DNA of 64,000 bases from Eledone cirrhosa (Eukaryota). Shown piece after piece: positions 11,154 to 23,832 of this stretch. The stretch's first letter is position 1, and every line of letters begins with the position of its first letter. The position numbers and the translations under genes were made by a program. Below the pieces are notes generated by a model that did no database searches, was not told where the DNA came from, and was given only the letters and a program-made list of their open reading frames with translations. Where the stretch lies: NCBI GenBank assembly GCA_964016885.1, contig OZ024741.1, forward strand, positions 369,148,001-369,212,000, given 5' to 3'.

Positions 11154-14100
11154 CGGCGGATAGTGCGCTCTGCGAAACATCATCCAACCGCCACTTTTTC
11201 ATTGAGGACCTGCTATCAGGTAGAGCCTTTCTGGTGGACACAGGTGCAGTTTGTTCAATATGGCCTGTGTGTTGTATGAAGGAGACTCCCCCTGAGACAC
11301 CTATTGAGTTGCAGGAAGTAAATTGTTCGCCGATTCGAACCTTCGGACAAATCTCGCTACCTTTGCAGTTCCGTAATCTGCGGCGCGAGTTTAAATTGAT
11401 ATTTACTGTCGCTGCCTTGCCGTATCCGATTTTAGGCGCGGATTTTTTCCACCATTTTTCATTGACGGTGGACCTCCGTCGTAAACGCCTAATTGATGGC
11501 ATCACTGGATTAACTGTTGTTGGCAAGGCAGCAGGAGTTCCAACGGTTAGCCCAACCTTTTTTCTTGCTAACACCAGTGATACTCACCATGCGTTGTTGA
11601 ACTCGTTCCCGCAACTGACTCAGGGAAATTTCCGAATTGATGAGCCAACTCATACCACGGAGCACTTCATAACTACAACTGGTGCTCCCGTTTTTTCTCG
11701 TCCTCGTCGCTTGCCTCCGGACAAACTCAAAGCAGCACGATCAGAGTTTGATCATATGCTGCAGTTGGGGATTATTCGTCCGTCCACGAGCCCGTGGGCG
11801 TCCCCATTACACATGGTATCGAAAGCGACTGGCGATTGGAGACCTACTGGAGATTATCGACGCCCAAATTCGATAACGGAACCGGACCGTTATCCTATCC
11901 CTCATCTGCAAGACTTTGCGTCTTCGTTGCAGGGATGCAAGATATTCTCCAAACTGGATTTAATTCGTGCGTACCATCAAATTCCTGTCCATAAAAATGA
12001 CATTCCAAAAACGGCTATAGTTACGCCATTTGGGTCATTTGAGTTTTTGACCATGCCGTTCGGATTAAGGAATGCCGCTAGTACGTTTCAGCGGTTTATG
12101 GATGAGGTTACTCGTGGCCTCGATTTCGTCTATACCTATATTGACGACCTGCTCATTGCTAGTTCTTCTCAAGAGCAACATACGCACCATTTGAATCTTA
12201 TTTTCCGCCGATTGAAAGCGTATAACGTGCAGATTAATGCACCCAAATGTGTTTTTGGTGCTGAGTCACTGACTTTCTTGGGTCACGTCATCGACGCTGA
12301 CGGTATTCGACCCCGGCCTGAGCGAGTTAAGGTCATAGAAGATTTGCCTCCACCGACCTTACTACGTCAGTTACGCCAGTTCTTAGGCCTGATTAACTTT
12401 TATAGGCGTTTCGTGCTAAATTGTGCAAGATTGCTTTTCTCCCTGACAGAAATTTTTTAAAAATTGTCGGTGGAAGAACAAAGACATTTCTTTGACAGAC
12501 ACTCAACTTGCTGATTTTCAGCACACCAAAACTGCTTTGGCTAATGCTTCGTTACTGACTCACCCGGTACCCGGTGCAAAGCTAACGCTTTGTGTTGATG
12601 CATCGGATATCGCTGTGGGCGCAGTGCTACAGCAAAACATCAATGGTTACCAGCAACCGCTGGAGTTTTTTTCCAGAAAGCTGAAACATGCTGAGACGCG
12701 CTACAGCACCTTTGGAAGGGAGCTTTTAGCCATCTATTTGGCCGTGAAACATTTTTCACATATGCTAGAGGGTAGACTGTTTGCTATCCTCACCGACCAT
12801 AAACCATTGACTTTTGCGTTGAGAGCGAAGGCTGATAAATACTCGCCCAGAGAGACGAGACACCTTGATTTCATCTCGCAATATACGAGTGATATCCAAC
12901 ACATTCCGGGTTCACTAAATACAGCGGCCGATGCTTTGTCCCGCTTACCCGTGACAGCGATCTCGTCACCCTCTGACATAGATCCGACTCGTTTGGTTGC
13001 GGATCAGCCTCCCCTTGAGTCATTGGATGTTACATCGCCCGAGTTTGCGAATTGCGAGATGAAATACTTGCCTCTGTCGACTGCAGTTGGCCAAATTCTC
13101 TGCGACGTCTCTTTGGACGTGCCTAGGCCCTACATGGTTTCTCGCATCCAGGATCTTCTGCCACAGCAAAGCTCATATCAGCTAGATTTTTCTGGCCAAA
13201 TATGAGGCGTGAAATTGCTGCTTGGTGCCGTTCCTGCGTCGCTTGCCAGAAATCAAAGGTCCATCGACGCGTCAAGGCTCCCCTGGGTACCTTTACTAAC
13301 CCAGATGCGCGTTTTTCACACATTCATATTGATATAGTGGGACCTTGGCCTGTCAGCGATGGTTATTCTTAGCTGCTGACCATAATTGACCGTTTTTCGA
13401 GATGGCCTGAAGCCATCCCCTTGAAAAACATCACCGCTGAGACAACAGCGCGTGCTCTTGTGTCTGGATGGATCTCTCGTTATGGAGTTCCATCCACAAT
13501 AACTACCGACCGTGGACGACAGTTCGAGTCGAGCCTTTTCCTCGAACTGTCAAAATTAATTGGTGCTAAACGCATTAGAACTACGGCGTACCATCCCGCT
13601 TCGAATGGTATGGTGGAGCGTTTTCACCGACAACTGAAGGCCTCCTTAATGGCCTCAATGGACTCGGCGCATTGGAGCGAGTACCTCCCTATTGTGCTAC
13701 TAGGGATTCGGTCAACGGTGAAGGTCGACTTTGGATTTTCACCGACCGAAGTACTGTACGGTGTCCCTCTGACGTTGCCCGGGCAAATGCTTGCCCCTAT
13801 CGATCTTGATGCCCAAGATCACGCTTCCTACGTGTCCCGTTTGCGCTCCTATTTCCAGGATTTGCCGCCAATGGACACTAGGAAACAAACTGTCAAGACT
13901 GCTGTCCCGAGGGATATTGCCTCGTGGACGCATGTCTTTGTAAGGAAAGATTCTGTGAAGCCCCCGCTCACACAGCCTTACACTGGACCTTACCGTGTCT
14001 TAGCGCGCTCGGCTAAGCATTTCACTTTAGATATTAAAGGGTCCAGGGAGACAGTTACAATAGACAGGCTTAAGCAGGCACACCTTGACACAGACGCTGT

Positions 14101-14272
14101 GGTTCCTGATCCACGAACCCCTGCGTATTTGCCTGTTGATCGAACGCCTGTTCCTGAACCACCATCATCGCCTGTCCCTACACCACCACCATCGCCACGT
14201 TACAAGACCACGACCCGTTCAGGTCGTAGGGTCCACTGGCCCAAAACATTTTGCAGCACCGTCTATATTTAG
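11117..14272 (+). pseudogene. pol: Gypsy 2 Pol (PR-RT-RH-IN) with frameshifts, a deletion and a stop
   Basis: FLVDTGA, YIDD, VDASD, LTDH and [11 protein letters not shown], split over ORFs 11117-12460, 12492-13205 and 13421-14272. Confidence 0.93.
11129..11135 (+). promoter_or_regulatory. -1 frameshift slippery heptamer G_GGA_AAC (Gypsy 2)
   Basis: ATG GGA AAC in the gag frame, within the overlap with pol in the -1 frame. Confidence 0.78.
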
Positions 14273-14478
14273 ACTATGTTAGCTGCACCTTTTTTTTGCC
14301 TCTGTGTTTCTGCTTTTTCTTTGCCTTGTTTTTCATGCATGTTGTTTTTTTTAACATTTTTCAAATCCTTATTTTTGATTTAATGATTGGTAGAGCGAAT
14401 AGCTCCCCCTTGTTGCATTGTTCGCCATCTTACTCCACGTGTGAGTAATAACATCGATTTTCGATGATTTGGAAATCT

Positions 14479-14487
14479 GGCAGGGGA
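14479..14487 (+). promoter_or_regulatory. Polypurine tract (Gypsy 2)
   Basis: GGCAGGGGA, 3 nt upstream of the 3' LTR. Confidence 0.65.
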
Positions 14488-14490
14488 TAC

Positions 14491-14948
14491 TGTAGTAAGA
14501 CGCCTCACGCCTCCTGGCGAATAATAGAACAACCCATAGTTATCTCGCCCTGGTTGAGAACACGAGAGGTAAACAGACAGCCACGGAAAAAGCAGACTAA
14601 ACACACGCCACAGAAAACAGCCTCTGTACCACGAAACGATAAACAGCCAGGGAAACAGCAAACCCCACAACACCTTTGTAATTGTAATACGCTCCCATCA
14701 CCACAACTGGATCACGTATATATTTGGTATGTTTTCATTTGTAATATAATAAATACACATAAACAAAATAAACATCACCATTATTTACATTTGTTGAATA
14801 TAACTCTCGTTGTGGTTATTGTCTTGTTTACGCACACACCCACTCACTTGTTATAATTCTCACTTACAAAAATGGTAAATAGACGAAGGACCTTCCCTCA
14901 CGTCTATGTCGATAAACAATCCAACTAGGATACCTTCATTTTACCACA
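14491..14948 (+). repeat. Gypsy 2 3' LTR
   Basis: Direct repeat of 9268-9725. Confidence 0.97.
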
Positions 14949-15455
14949 GACTGTTATCGCATACGGTCTGATCAGATATGAAGATAGCCCTTAAAAGGAC
15001 TGTTGTCGCATATAGCCCTTAAAAGAACTGTTGAGGATGGACAGACGAAAGCACAAGTTGAAAGGACGAAGCAAGGTGAGATGTAAATTCGATCAGCTAT
15101 TTATTTTCACATGAAGCGACGATACGGGGTACAAGGCGTGTGAGTGACAAAGCGTGGCAGAGTAAAGGAACAACGATGCGCTAGCTGACTCTGCCAAAGT
15201 CGACTAGCGAAGTGTTAGGAACCACTCTATTTATACAGGAACAATCCTTTGTTGTTTAGTTGATGTGTAGGCGTTTATTCTGGTAGGTTGTTATTCTGGT
15301 AGGTTTTAAGGGTTCTTTTGTTTCACGTTGAAGTAGCTAGCTAACAGGTAGATGGCGCTGTATATTTCACAGCTGTTATTTCCGGTGGCTGTACATATAT
15401 ATTATAAATAAAATAACAGGAGGCTGGACTGATGTAAATCCTTGAAAGGTTTATT

Positions 15456-15513
15456 ATACTATGATCATTTCAATGACCTGGTTCCGTATGAATTCGGTGA
15501 TATCATCAGGTAT
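15456..15513 (-). ncRNA. Type I hammerhead ribozyme, family F1
   Basis: AUAC-CUGAUGA-stem II-GAAA-UGAUCA-UA-GUAU. Confidence 0.8.
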
Positions 15514-15679
15514 TCGAAATATAACATATAAAATCCATGGGTCCGAAAATCGCTATGGGTCCAACTAGCTGCTTTCACCTCAGTCAGTCGCCCTCAAGTG
15601 ATGGCTACTCGGTCTACTAATGACCATCTGGTGAGGGGGTGAAGGCTTATAATGTACTACCACCTCTCCGTCAAAGAGA

Positions 15680-15682
15680 AAA

Positions 15683-15766
<84 letters not shown>

Positions 15767-15770
15767 AGAA
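15680..15770. repeat. (GAAA)n microsatellite
   Basis: Direct observation. Confidence 0.95.
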
Positions 15771-17393
15771 AAGTCAGCGCAAGGGTCACATTAAAGTCAG
15801 GTTAGAAATCGCTGCGAAAAATGTTATTCCAAAGAACCTATATCTTAACAGAGGCATATATAGTAGGCGTCTGTATGGTATAATGTGTGAACAGAAAATT
15901 GGAACGTTAAACTTATGTTTAGAGTTATAGTTAAATAAAAAAAAAAAAAAAAAAAAAGTTATTAAAAAATTAGAGGTTTGGGTTGCGAGATTTATTTAAT
16001 GAAATTACAGAGAGTCTTATATGAAAAAGTTTAAGTGTATTATAGGGAATCTCGATAAGAGTAAAGATTAAAGCCTTTGATTGTAAATCCCAGCCAGCAC
16101 CTCCTAACCATGTGTCAGCCAGTTTCGAGTGGTATCGTCTAGCGAAAGAAATGGAAATTATGTTTTCCGAGTACTCTAGGAACCTAACTGCCTTGGGCTT
16201 CGGGTGTGCTAGCGGGAAGTCTACCATCTTCAACAGGCCATCGTCTATACCAACCGAATACCAAACGAATACTATAAATTCACACAGGAGTGGTTTATTT
16301 ACGTGCCAGTAGGGGGAGGCATGATACAGCTAATAGTTATGCTTAGGCCTAGAGTTTATAGGTATAATATGGCGGTCAAAACAGGCGGCGCGGCGAGCCC
16401 CGGGGCGAAGCGAGCTGCTCCGAGTAATTTTGTTTACAGAAAGAGGGGAAATTTATTTTTCCAAGCACTCAAGGAAGGCTGAACTACCCGAGCGCCCGGC
16501 GCGCAGCCGGGAAAGACACCACATCAGTCGAAAATGGTAAAACCCGATGAAATGCGCCAATAGACTATATCTAAGTCCCAGTTAGTCCGGGTTATAAGTA
16601 GTGTGGTTCTTTGGTGGGTAGGGGGCCATGATAGGTGCATAATGAGAGTAAAACCTGAGTAAAGGAACAATAAGCAGAAAAGCACACAAAAAAATAAAAG
16701 CAGAATACAAAGATAAAAGTAAAATACATAAATAAAACGCCGTCATAGCTAGGGTGGTGATGTAGTAAGACGGAAGTATATAAGAACATATCGGAGGAAT
16801 CAAAGCGAAGGGGAATTACAATATAGATCAAGTTGTAGTTAGATAATACGAGGTTATACAAATAGATATAGAGGATGGAAGAGATGGAATGGTATCAGGT
16901 GGTACCTAGTGTATGTTCGAGTCTCAGAATTCAGTGTGAATCACAAAAGCCCTGAAGTATAGGGTAGAGAATTCAGTCAATACAATACATGTTATAGTAT
17001 AATACGTAGAATTTTGTCGGAGTCCGAATATTCCTGACAAGGAAGCAGCATTGGATCAGGTGGGCGGTAGACAAAGCACAGAGCAGCCAAAATCCGAATG
17101 GTAAGTAGATCAGTCAATCCCATGCTGGCAATAGCTGTACACTGAAGTCAGTGCCGCTGTTCATTATTACATCTGAAAGTGCTCAACATTTCTGGAGCAT
17201 TATTTATTTGGTTCACCACTGGAGAGAATTGGTCATTCCATATGGTCAATCTTGATGTAATATTATGGAGAGTACTCAACGTAATGCAGCTCACCCGTCT
17301 TCATTTGTGTAGTTGGTGGTGCGAATACGGAGTTAATTATTATAAATAAAATAACAGGAGGCTGGACTGGTGTAAATCCTTGAAAGGTTTATT

Positions 17394-17451
17394 ATACTAT
17401 GATCATTTCAATGACCTGGTTCCGTATGAATTCGGTGATATCATCAGGTAT
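17394..17451 (-). ncRNA. Type I hammerhead ribozyme, family F1
   Basis: Same motif as 15456-15513. Confidence 0.8.
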
Positions 17452-19074
17452 TCGAAATATAACATATTAAATCCATCGGATGCTGCTTCCTTGTCAGGAA
17501 TATTCGGACTCCGACAAAATTCTACATGTTATGCTATAACATGTATAGTTTTGACTGAATTCTCTACCCTATACTTCAGGGCTTTTGTGATTCACACTGA
17601 ATTCTGAGACCCGAACATACACTAGGTACCACCTGATACCATTCCATCTCTTCCATCCTCTATATCTATTTGTATAACCTTGTATTATCTAACTGAAACT
17701 TGATCTATATTGTATTTCCCCTTCGCTTTGATTCCTCCGATATGTTCTTATATACTTCCGTCTTACTACATCACTACCCTAGCTATGACCGCGTTTTATT
17801 TATGTATTTTACTTTTATCTTTGTATTCTGCTTTTTTTGTGCTTTTCTGCTTATTGTTCCTTTTACTCAGGTTTTACTCTCATTATGCACCTATCATAGC
17901 CCCCTACCCACAAAAGAACCACACTACTTATAACCCGTACTAACTGGGACTTAGATATAGTCTATTGGCGTATTTCATCGGGTTTTACCACTTTCGACTG
18001 ATGTGGTGCCTTTCTCGGCTGCGCGCCGGGCGCTCGGGTAGTTCAGCCTTCCTTGAGTGCTTGGAAAAATAAATTTCTCCTCTTTCGGTAAACAAAATTA
18101 CTCGGAGCAGCTCGCTTCGCCCCGGGGCTCGCCGCGCCGCCTGTTTTGACCGCCATATTATACCTATAAACTCTAGGCCTAAGCATAACTATTAGCTATA
18201 TCATGCCTCCTCCTACTGGCACGTAAATAAACCACTCCTGTGTGAATTTATAGTATTTGTTTGGTATAGACGATGGCCTGTTGAAGATGGTAGACTTCCC
18301 GCTAGCACACCTGAAGCCCAAGGCCGTTACGTTCCTAGAGTAATCGGAAAAATTAATTTCCATTTCTTTCGCTAGACGCTACCACTCGAAACTGGCTGAC
18401 ACATGGTTAGGAGGTGCTGGTTGGGATTTACAATCAAAGGCTTTAATCTTTACTCTTATCGAGATTCCCTATAATACACTTAAACTTTTTCATATAAAAC
18501 TCTCTCTGTAATTCCATTAAATAAATCTCGCAACCCAAACCTTTAATTTTTTTATAATTTTTATTTTTTATTTTTATTTTTATTTTTATTTTTATTTTTA
18601 TTTTTATTTTTATTTTTATTTTTATTTTTATTTTTATTTTTATTTTTATTTTTATTTTTATTTTTAAATTTTTAAATTTTTAATTTAATTTCATCCTATA
18701 ACTCTAAACATAAGTTTAACGTTCCAATTTTCTGTTCACACATTATACCATACAGACGCCTACTATATATGCCTCTGTTAAGATATAGGTTCTTTGGAAT
18801 AAAATTTTTCGCGGCGATTTCTAGCCTGACTGTAGTGTGACCCTTACGCTGACTTTCTTCTTTCTTTCTTTCTTTCTTTCTTCTTTTTCTCTTTTTTCTC
18901 TTTGACGGAGAGGTGGTAGTACATTATAAGCCTTCGCCCCCTCACCAGATGGTCATTAGTAGACCGAGTAGCCATCACTTGAGGGCGACTGACTGAGGTG
19001 AAAGCAGCTAGTTGGTCAGTCGTCCTCTTTGTCTTTGATTTTCGGACCCATGGATTTTATATGTTATATTTCGA

Positions 19075-19132
19075 ATACCTGATGATATCACAGAATTCAT
19101 ACGGAATCAGGTCATTGAAATGATCATAGTAT
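19075..19132 (+). ncRNA. Type I hammerhead ribozyme, family F1
   Basis: ATAC CTGATGA ... GAAA TGATCA TA GTAT, followed by AATAAA. Confidence 0.8.
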
Positions 19133-19392
19133 AATAAACCTTTCAAGGATTTACACCAGTCCAGCCTCCTGTTATTTTATTTATAATAATTAACTCCGTA
19201 TTCGCACCACCAACTACACAAATGAAGACGGGTGAGCTGCATTACGTTGAGTACTCTCCATAATATTACATCAAGATTGACCATACGGAATGACCAATTC
19301 TATCCAGTGGTGAACCAACAAACCTAAATATCTATATATATATATATATCTCTATATATATATATATATATAATATATACAATACATATATA

Positions 19393-21388
19393 ATCATCAT
19401 CATCAAAATTATTTAACGTCTATCTTCCACGCTAGCATGGGTTAGACGGGAATTGTCCCACTTGAGGCAAGATTGATCGGATGACCGTGTCTCGCTCGTA
19501 TAGGACTGTATCTGGCAGGTTTTCTGTGGCTGGATGCCATTCCTAACACCAACCACATTTACAGTGTGGACTGGAGCCTTTTTACCATGTCTCCTACATG
19601 TCCACTTTACAGCGTGGACTGGGTGCTTTTTTGGTCATGACACCTACACAACCTCTTTAGTTTCGACTGGATGTTGTAGTACCAACATAACTTTACAGAG
19701 AAAGGGTGGTGTTGGTGGAAGTGGGAGGATGGAGTAGGGGTAGTGGGTTGTGGTGTATATTTGGTTAAGAGATGCCTACTGACTGTAGGTTAACTTCGTC
19801 TTCTGTATTACTGAATGGGGCCAACTATCTTGATCCAGTGACATTCTTTTAGAGGGGTGTAAGTGTGCAAGCCGGATTTTATCATGTCGTACCAGGTTTT
19901 TCTGGGTCTACCTACTCCATAACTTCCATCAATTTTGATCGCCCTGCACTTTTTTATACAGCTGTCATCTTTCATACGCATCACATGGCCATACCAACAT
20001 AATCTTCTCTCAAGTAAACATCATCTGATCCCTCTTATTCCTAATTTCTCACTTAGTTCGTTTATGTTTTGCCATTCTTGTATATTATAATTGTACATCC
20101 AACGGAGCATGCATGCTTTGTTCCTTTCCAATCTGCACAGGTCCTCTGCCACAATGCCCATGTCTTACTGCCATGTAACATTGCTGTTCCTATACAAGCA
20201 TCATACAATCTAACTTTCATTTTTAGAGAGAAACCTTTCGTGGCCAACAGCCGTATTAGCTCTCTGAACTTTTTCCATCCCGTTCTGACTCTGGCTACTG
20301 TACTTTCAGAGCACCCTCCACCACTGCTGATTTTGTCACCCAGGTAACGGAAAGTGTCCACTATTTCTATACAACCATCTGGGCAGTAGGAAGAGCTAGT
20401 ATCCTGTGAGCACTTGCTACTTATTGCACCTGAGCATCAGCCACATATAACATCTACATTCTTAGATAGCTTGCCTTTGATGCCACTACATCTTTTATGT
20501 ACCCATAGTTTATATTTGGAGCATAGAATGGAATTTCTACATACTCCTTTCCTACACAGTGAGCATGGCCAATTCACAGAGGGCAGCTGTGCCCTATTTT
20601 TCTTTCTACATACTAGAACATTAGTCTTAGACAAGTTAACTTTAAGGTCTTTTGATTCTAGGCCATGTTTCCATGTTTGGAATTTCTTCTCTAGTTCAGC
20701 CATAGATTCAGCTATGAGAGTGAGATCATCTGCATGAGCAGCCGGTTTTAAACTCCTCTGTTATAGCCTGAAGGGCAATACTAAACAGGAGGGGGCTCAG
20801 GACTGAGCCTTGATGAACACCTACTTTTATGCTAAATTCTTCACTATATTCATTGTTAATTCTAACGTTGCCAACTCTTTCTTTATACATGGCTTGTATA
20901 GTTCTGACAAGACATTCATCTTCTCCTGGTTTTCTAAGGGCCCACCAGATAATGGAGCAGGGGACTCTGTCAAAGGCTATCTCCAAGTTAACAGAAGCTA
21001 AGTAGAGGGGTTTACTTTTAGCTAGGTACTTCTGTAGTTGCCGTACAAGGAAAAGAGCATCCGAGGCACAAACCCAAACTGCATTTCATCTAGATCAATT
21101 CGGTCTCTAATTAGTTGTGCAATAACTCTTTCTGTGACCTTCATGACCTTGTCAACTAACTTAATGCCTCTATAGTTTCCTCTATCTAGAGCATCTCCTT
21201 TGCCCTTATAGCAGTTAACGATGCTGCTGCTACGCCAGTCATTTGGTATGACCCCATTCTGTATTACTTGGTTTCCTATCCGGGTGACCATAGTATGTCC
21301 CACCATTCCAGATGCTTTCATTATCTCAGCAACTATCTCCGAAGGCCCAGCTGCTTTGCCTGTCTTCATATCTTTGATTGGCTTACTT
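19393..21388 (-). mobile_element. RTE LINE, 5'-truncated, degenerate
   Basis: ORF fragments 21022-21399, 20726-20986, 20437-20703 and 20062-20361 are homologous to the RTE at 2672-4533. (CAT)n tail at 19393. Confidence 0.93.
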
Positions 21389-21548
21389 GGAAATAGCATG
21401 GAAAATATATTTTAGGGTCTGTTTTTCTTTTTCTTTCTTTTTTCCCTTTCTTTTATTCCTCAAAGTGACATTATTGAAAAAATGAGAGGGACAATTCTTT
21501 TAAAAAAGGGTTTTATAATGTATAGAAAGTATTACTGGTTTTGATGTA

Positions 21549-22284
21549 CAGTGCATCTTCGCTTATCCGGATATCGCTTTTTCGAAATTCGATTTACCGG
21601 ACGGCTATTTCTATACTACCTCCGGATGAGGAGGACTTGATTTCGGCAGACGGACAGATTCGGGCAGCATTTCTTCCGGCGAACGTTACGTCACTTATTC
21701 AGCCAATGGACCAGGGAGTTTTGGAGACACTAAAGCGGATTTACAGAAAACAATTGCTGCGGGATTTGATCGGAAAACTGGACACGGGAATGATTCCATT
21801 TTTACGTGCGATAAACATGAGGAAGGTGGTTGACCGTTCAGCTGTTGCTTGGAAATGGTAGCGGAACGACGAGCTTCGGCGCGAAAACAATCTTCTATTT
21901 ATTCATTTTTAAAATAGTACTAACTTTTTATGGTTTGACTCAATTCAGTTTTACCAAGTTTTTAGTGATTCTTATGTTTGTTTAATTAATTTTCTTATAA
22001 ATTCTAGCTGTTCTTTTGTTATTCTAATAAACTTTCTTTATTTAGCATTTGTCTTTTATTTTGACTAAAAGAAGCCAAAACATTAGTTGACTTTGCCTTT
22101 CATCCTTACGGGGTCGATAAAATAAAGTACCAGTAATGCACTGGGTGATTGCTGGCCTTGTGCCTAAAGTAGAAACAATTATGTAACAATGGGATTTTAG
22201 AATTCACTTATCCGGATATTTCGCTTAACCGGATCTTTTTCTAACTGTTTGGTTTTGACCTTCCGGATAAGCGATGATTCACTG
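21549..22284 (+). mobile_element. Internally deleted pogo/Tigger DNA transposon
   Basis: TIRs CAGTGCATCTTCGCTTATCCGGA and TCCGGATAAGCGATGATTCACTG, with TA on both sides. DDE_1 fragment FLPANVTSLIQPMDQGV..LKRIYRK. Confidence 0.9.
22085..22181 (+). mobile_element. SINE 3' fragment inserted in the Tigger element
   Basis: Matches the SINE at 62504-62688 (TTTGCCTTTCATCCTTACGGGGTCGATAAAATAAAGTACC). Confidence 0.85.
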
Positions 22285-22499
22285 TATTATTAACATTTAT
22301 CTTATCAAATGTTGAGTAAAATAATTAAAAAGAATTAATAAGAATTAAAAACTTCCTTGTTGAAAAGGAGAATGAACTCTATGTATATGTATATTCTAAA
22401 TCCGTTTGGACAAACATCCTTTCCCTCCTCCTTCCTCTCTCTCTCTATCCTTCTTTCTCTCTCTATCCCTCTCACTCACCCACTCTGCCTCCTACACTC

Positions 22500-22810
22500 T
22501 CTTGCTTCTATTTCCTCCATCTTTCTGTCGTGATTCCGTTGAGGATAGACGTGTGGATACCTAGCTGCGTTATTATTTGCCCTGGGCTTAAACCTAACGG
22601 TATTTTTTTAACTTGATCCATTCTTTCGGTTACTTGCTTACATGTACCATTGTCCCGTGTTTCCCCTTCTATCGGTAGGTTTTTTTCCTTTTTTTCCTTT
22701 TTTTTCCTTTTATTAGATGAAATTCTTGAGATACGTTCTTGAACAGAGTTCACTATAGTATTTTTAACAGATCTGGGGTGATTAGAGTTAAAATTGTACA
22801 TCGACCTCAG
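22500..22810 (-). pseudogene. Degenerate Penelope-like RT C-terminal fragment
   Basis: YNFNSNHPRSVKNTIV...RISRISSN resembles YIHSQSNHPKSILK...RISNLSSN of the PLE ORF at 48288-50306. Confidence 0.6.
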
Positions 22811-23517
22811 AATTTTAAACTAAACATATGGTCATTATTTTTCACACATTATATATCTATGTCTCATTCATGAATATTGATATTTACATTATAATACCCA
22901 ATTCATATGAATTGATAATTCAAATTGATAGGACATAACGTAAAGATGTAAATCTATCATCCCTCTCTCTAGATATAGCTCTTTCTTCTCCTCCCTCTTT
23001 ATATTTGATGAAGTCTAAGTATCGGTTATTTTAACTTTGCCTCTCGAGTTTCTCTCTTGTTTTCTCTCTTACTTCTCTCCTATTTCTCTCACCTCCCCAT
23101 ATATAATAATTATTATTATTTGGTCTACCTCTTCCCCCCCCCCACACCTCTATCTTTCTCTCTCTCTCTGTTTTCTCTTCATTTTTTATTTCTTTCCGGC
23201 TCCTTAACACTATAACTAAATAAGTACAGTACTCCCTCCCTCCTAAATCTCTCAATTTGTATGATAAATTATTATTATTCATCTGTTGCCTCAGCTGCCT
23301 CTCTTTTTTCACCTCCTCACTATTTCTCTCTCCCCTATCTCTCTCTATTTCTCTCTGTTTTTCTTTACATACATTTCTTCTTTTTCTCCGTCTTTCTTTT
23401 TAACTGTGCTTAACACTAACTATTTATAAACATTTCACTACCAAACCAACTTCTTACATAAAAGTTGATCAATATTTATGGTACGTCAAAATTATTTATA
23501 AAACTGTTTATATATTG

Positions 23518-23583
23518 TATTTTATCTGAAGAAGGCATGCCATATTTTTAATATGGTATCCCCGAAATATGTATAATAAAATA
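23518..23583 (+). ncRNA. Type I hammerhead ribozyme, family F2
   Basis: TATTTTAT-CTGAAGA-stem II-GAAA-TATGTA-TA-ATAAAATA, with an 8-bp stem I. Confidence 0.8.
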
Positions 23584-23623
23584 AATATGGTTTTATAAAT
23601 ATAGTTTCCATTTGTTTAATATC

Positions 23624-23722
<99 letters not shown>

Positions 23723-23785
23723 ATACATATATATATATTAAGGAAAAAGAACAAAGGAACTTTTATGACATTATAACAAGTTTAT

Positions 23786-23832
23786 TGCCGGCAGCCGTTT
23801 CGTCCGACCATATGGTGGGACTTTTCAAGGCA
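23786..23832 (-). ncRNA. Hammerhead-like motif F3 (U3-A8 core; cleavage triplet GCC, probably inactive)
   Basis: UGCC-UUGAAAA-GUCC..GGAC-GAAA-C GGCU G-CC-GGCA, then AAUAAA. Confidence 0.6.

Larger units (their letters stand above)
9268..14948 (+). mobile_element. Full-length Ty3/Gypsy element 2 with 4-bp TSD GACT
   Basis: 458-bp LTRs TG...CA. TSD GACT at 9264-9267 and 14949-14952. PBS, gag, pol and PPT present. Confidence 0.97.
5605..15395 (-). mobile_element. Ty3/Gypsy element 1 (3'-truncated); its 5' LTR (9199-9267 plus 14953-15395) is split by Gypsy element 2
   Basis: gag-PR-RT-RH-IN order. PBS next to the LTR end CA at 9199. LTR sequence resumes after the GACT TSD, with the internal repeat TAGCCCTTAAAAGGACTGTT on both sides, and probably ends at ...GTACA 15395. 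Confidence 0.85.
15403..19320. mobile_element. Non-coding hammerhead-bearing element (retrozyme-like or nonautonomous PLE): direct-repeat unit 15403-17476 (minus) plus inverted copy 17478-19320 (plus)
   Basis: 15403-15537 is repeated at 17339-17476. 17478-19190 is the reverse complement of about 15403-17052. 19050-19318 is the reverse complement of 17209-17476. No credible ORF; three hammerheads. Confidence 0.8.

Noticed and set aside
14960-15040. Short spaced repeats resembling a CRISPR array
   Set aside because: Only 2-3 irregular repeats inside an LTR, in a eukaryotic context with no cas genes.
15970-16312. Short ORFs in the F1 element (GIDDGLL, faintly RT-like)
   Set aside because: They are not kept open in the second copy and show no other RT motifs.
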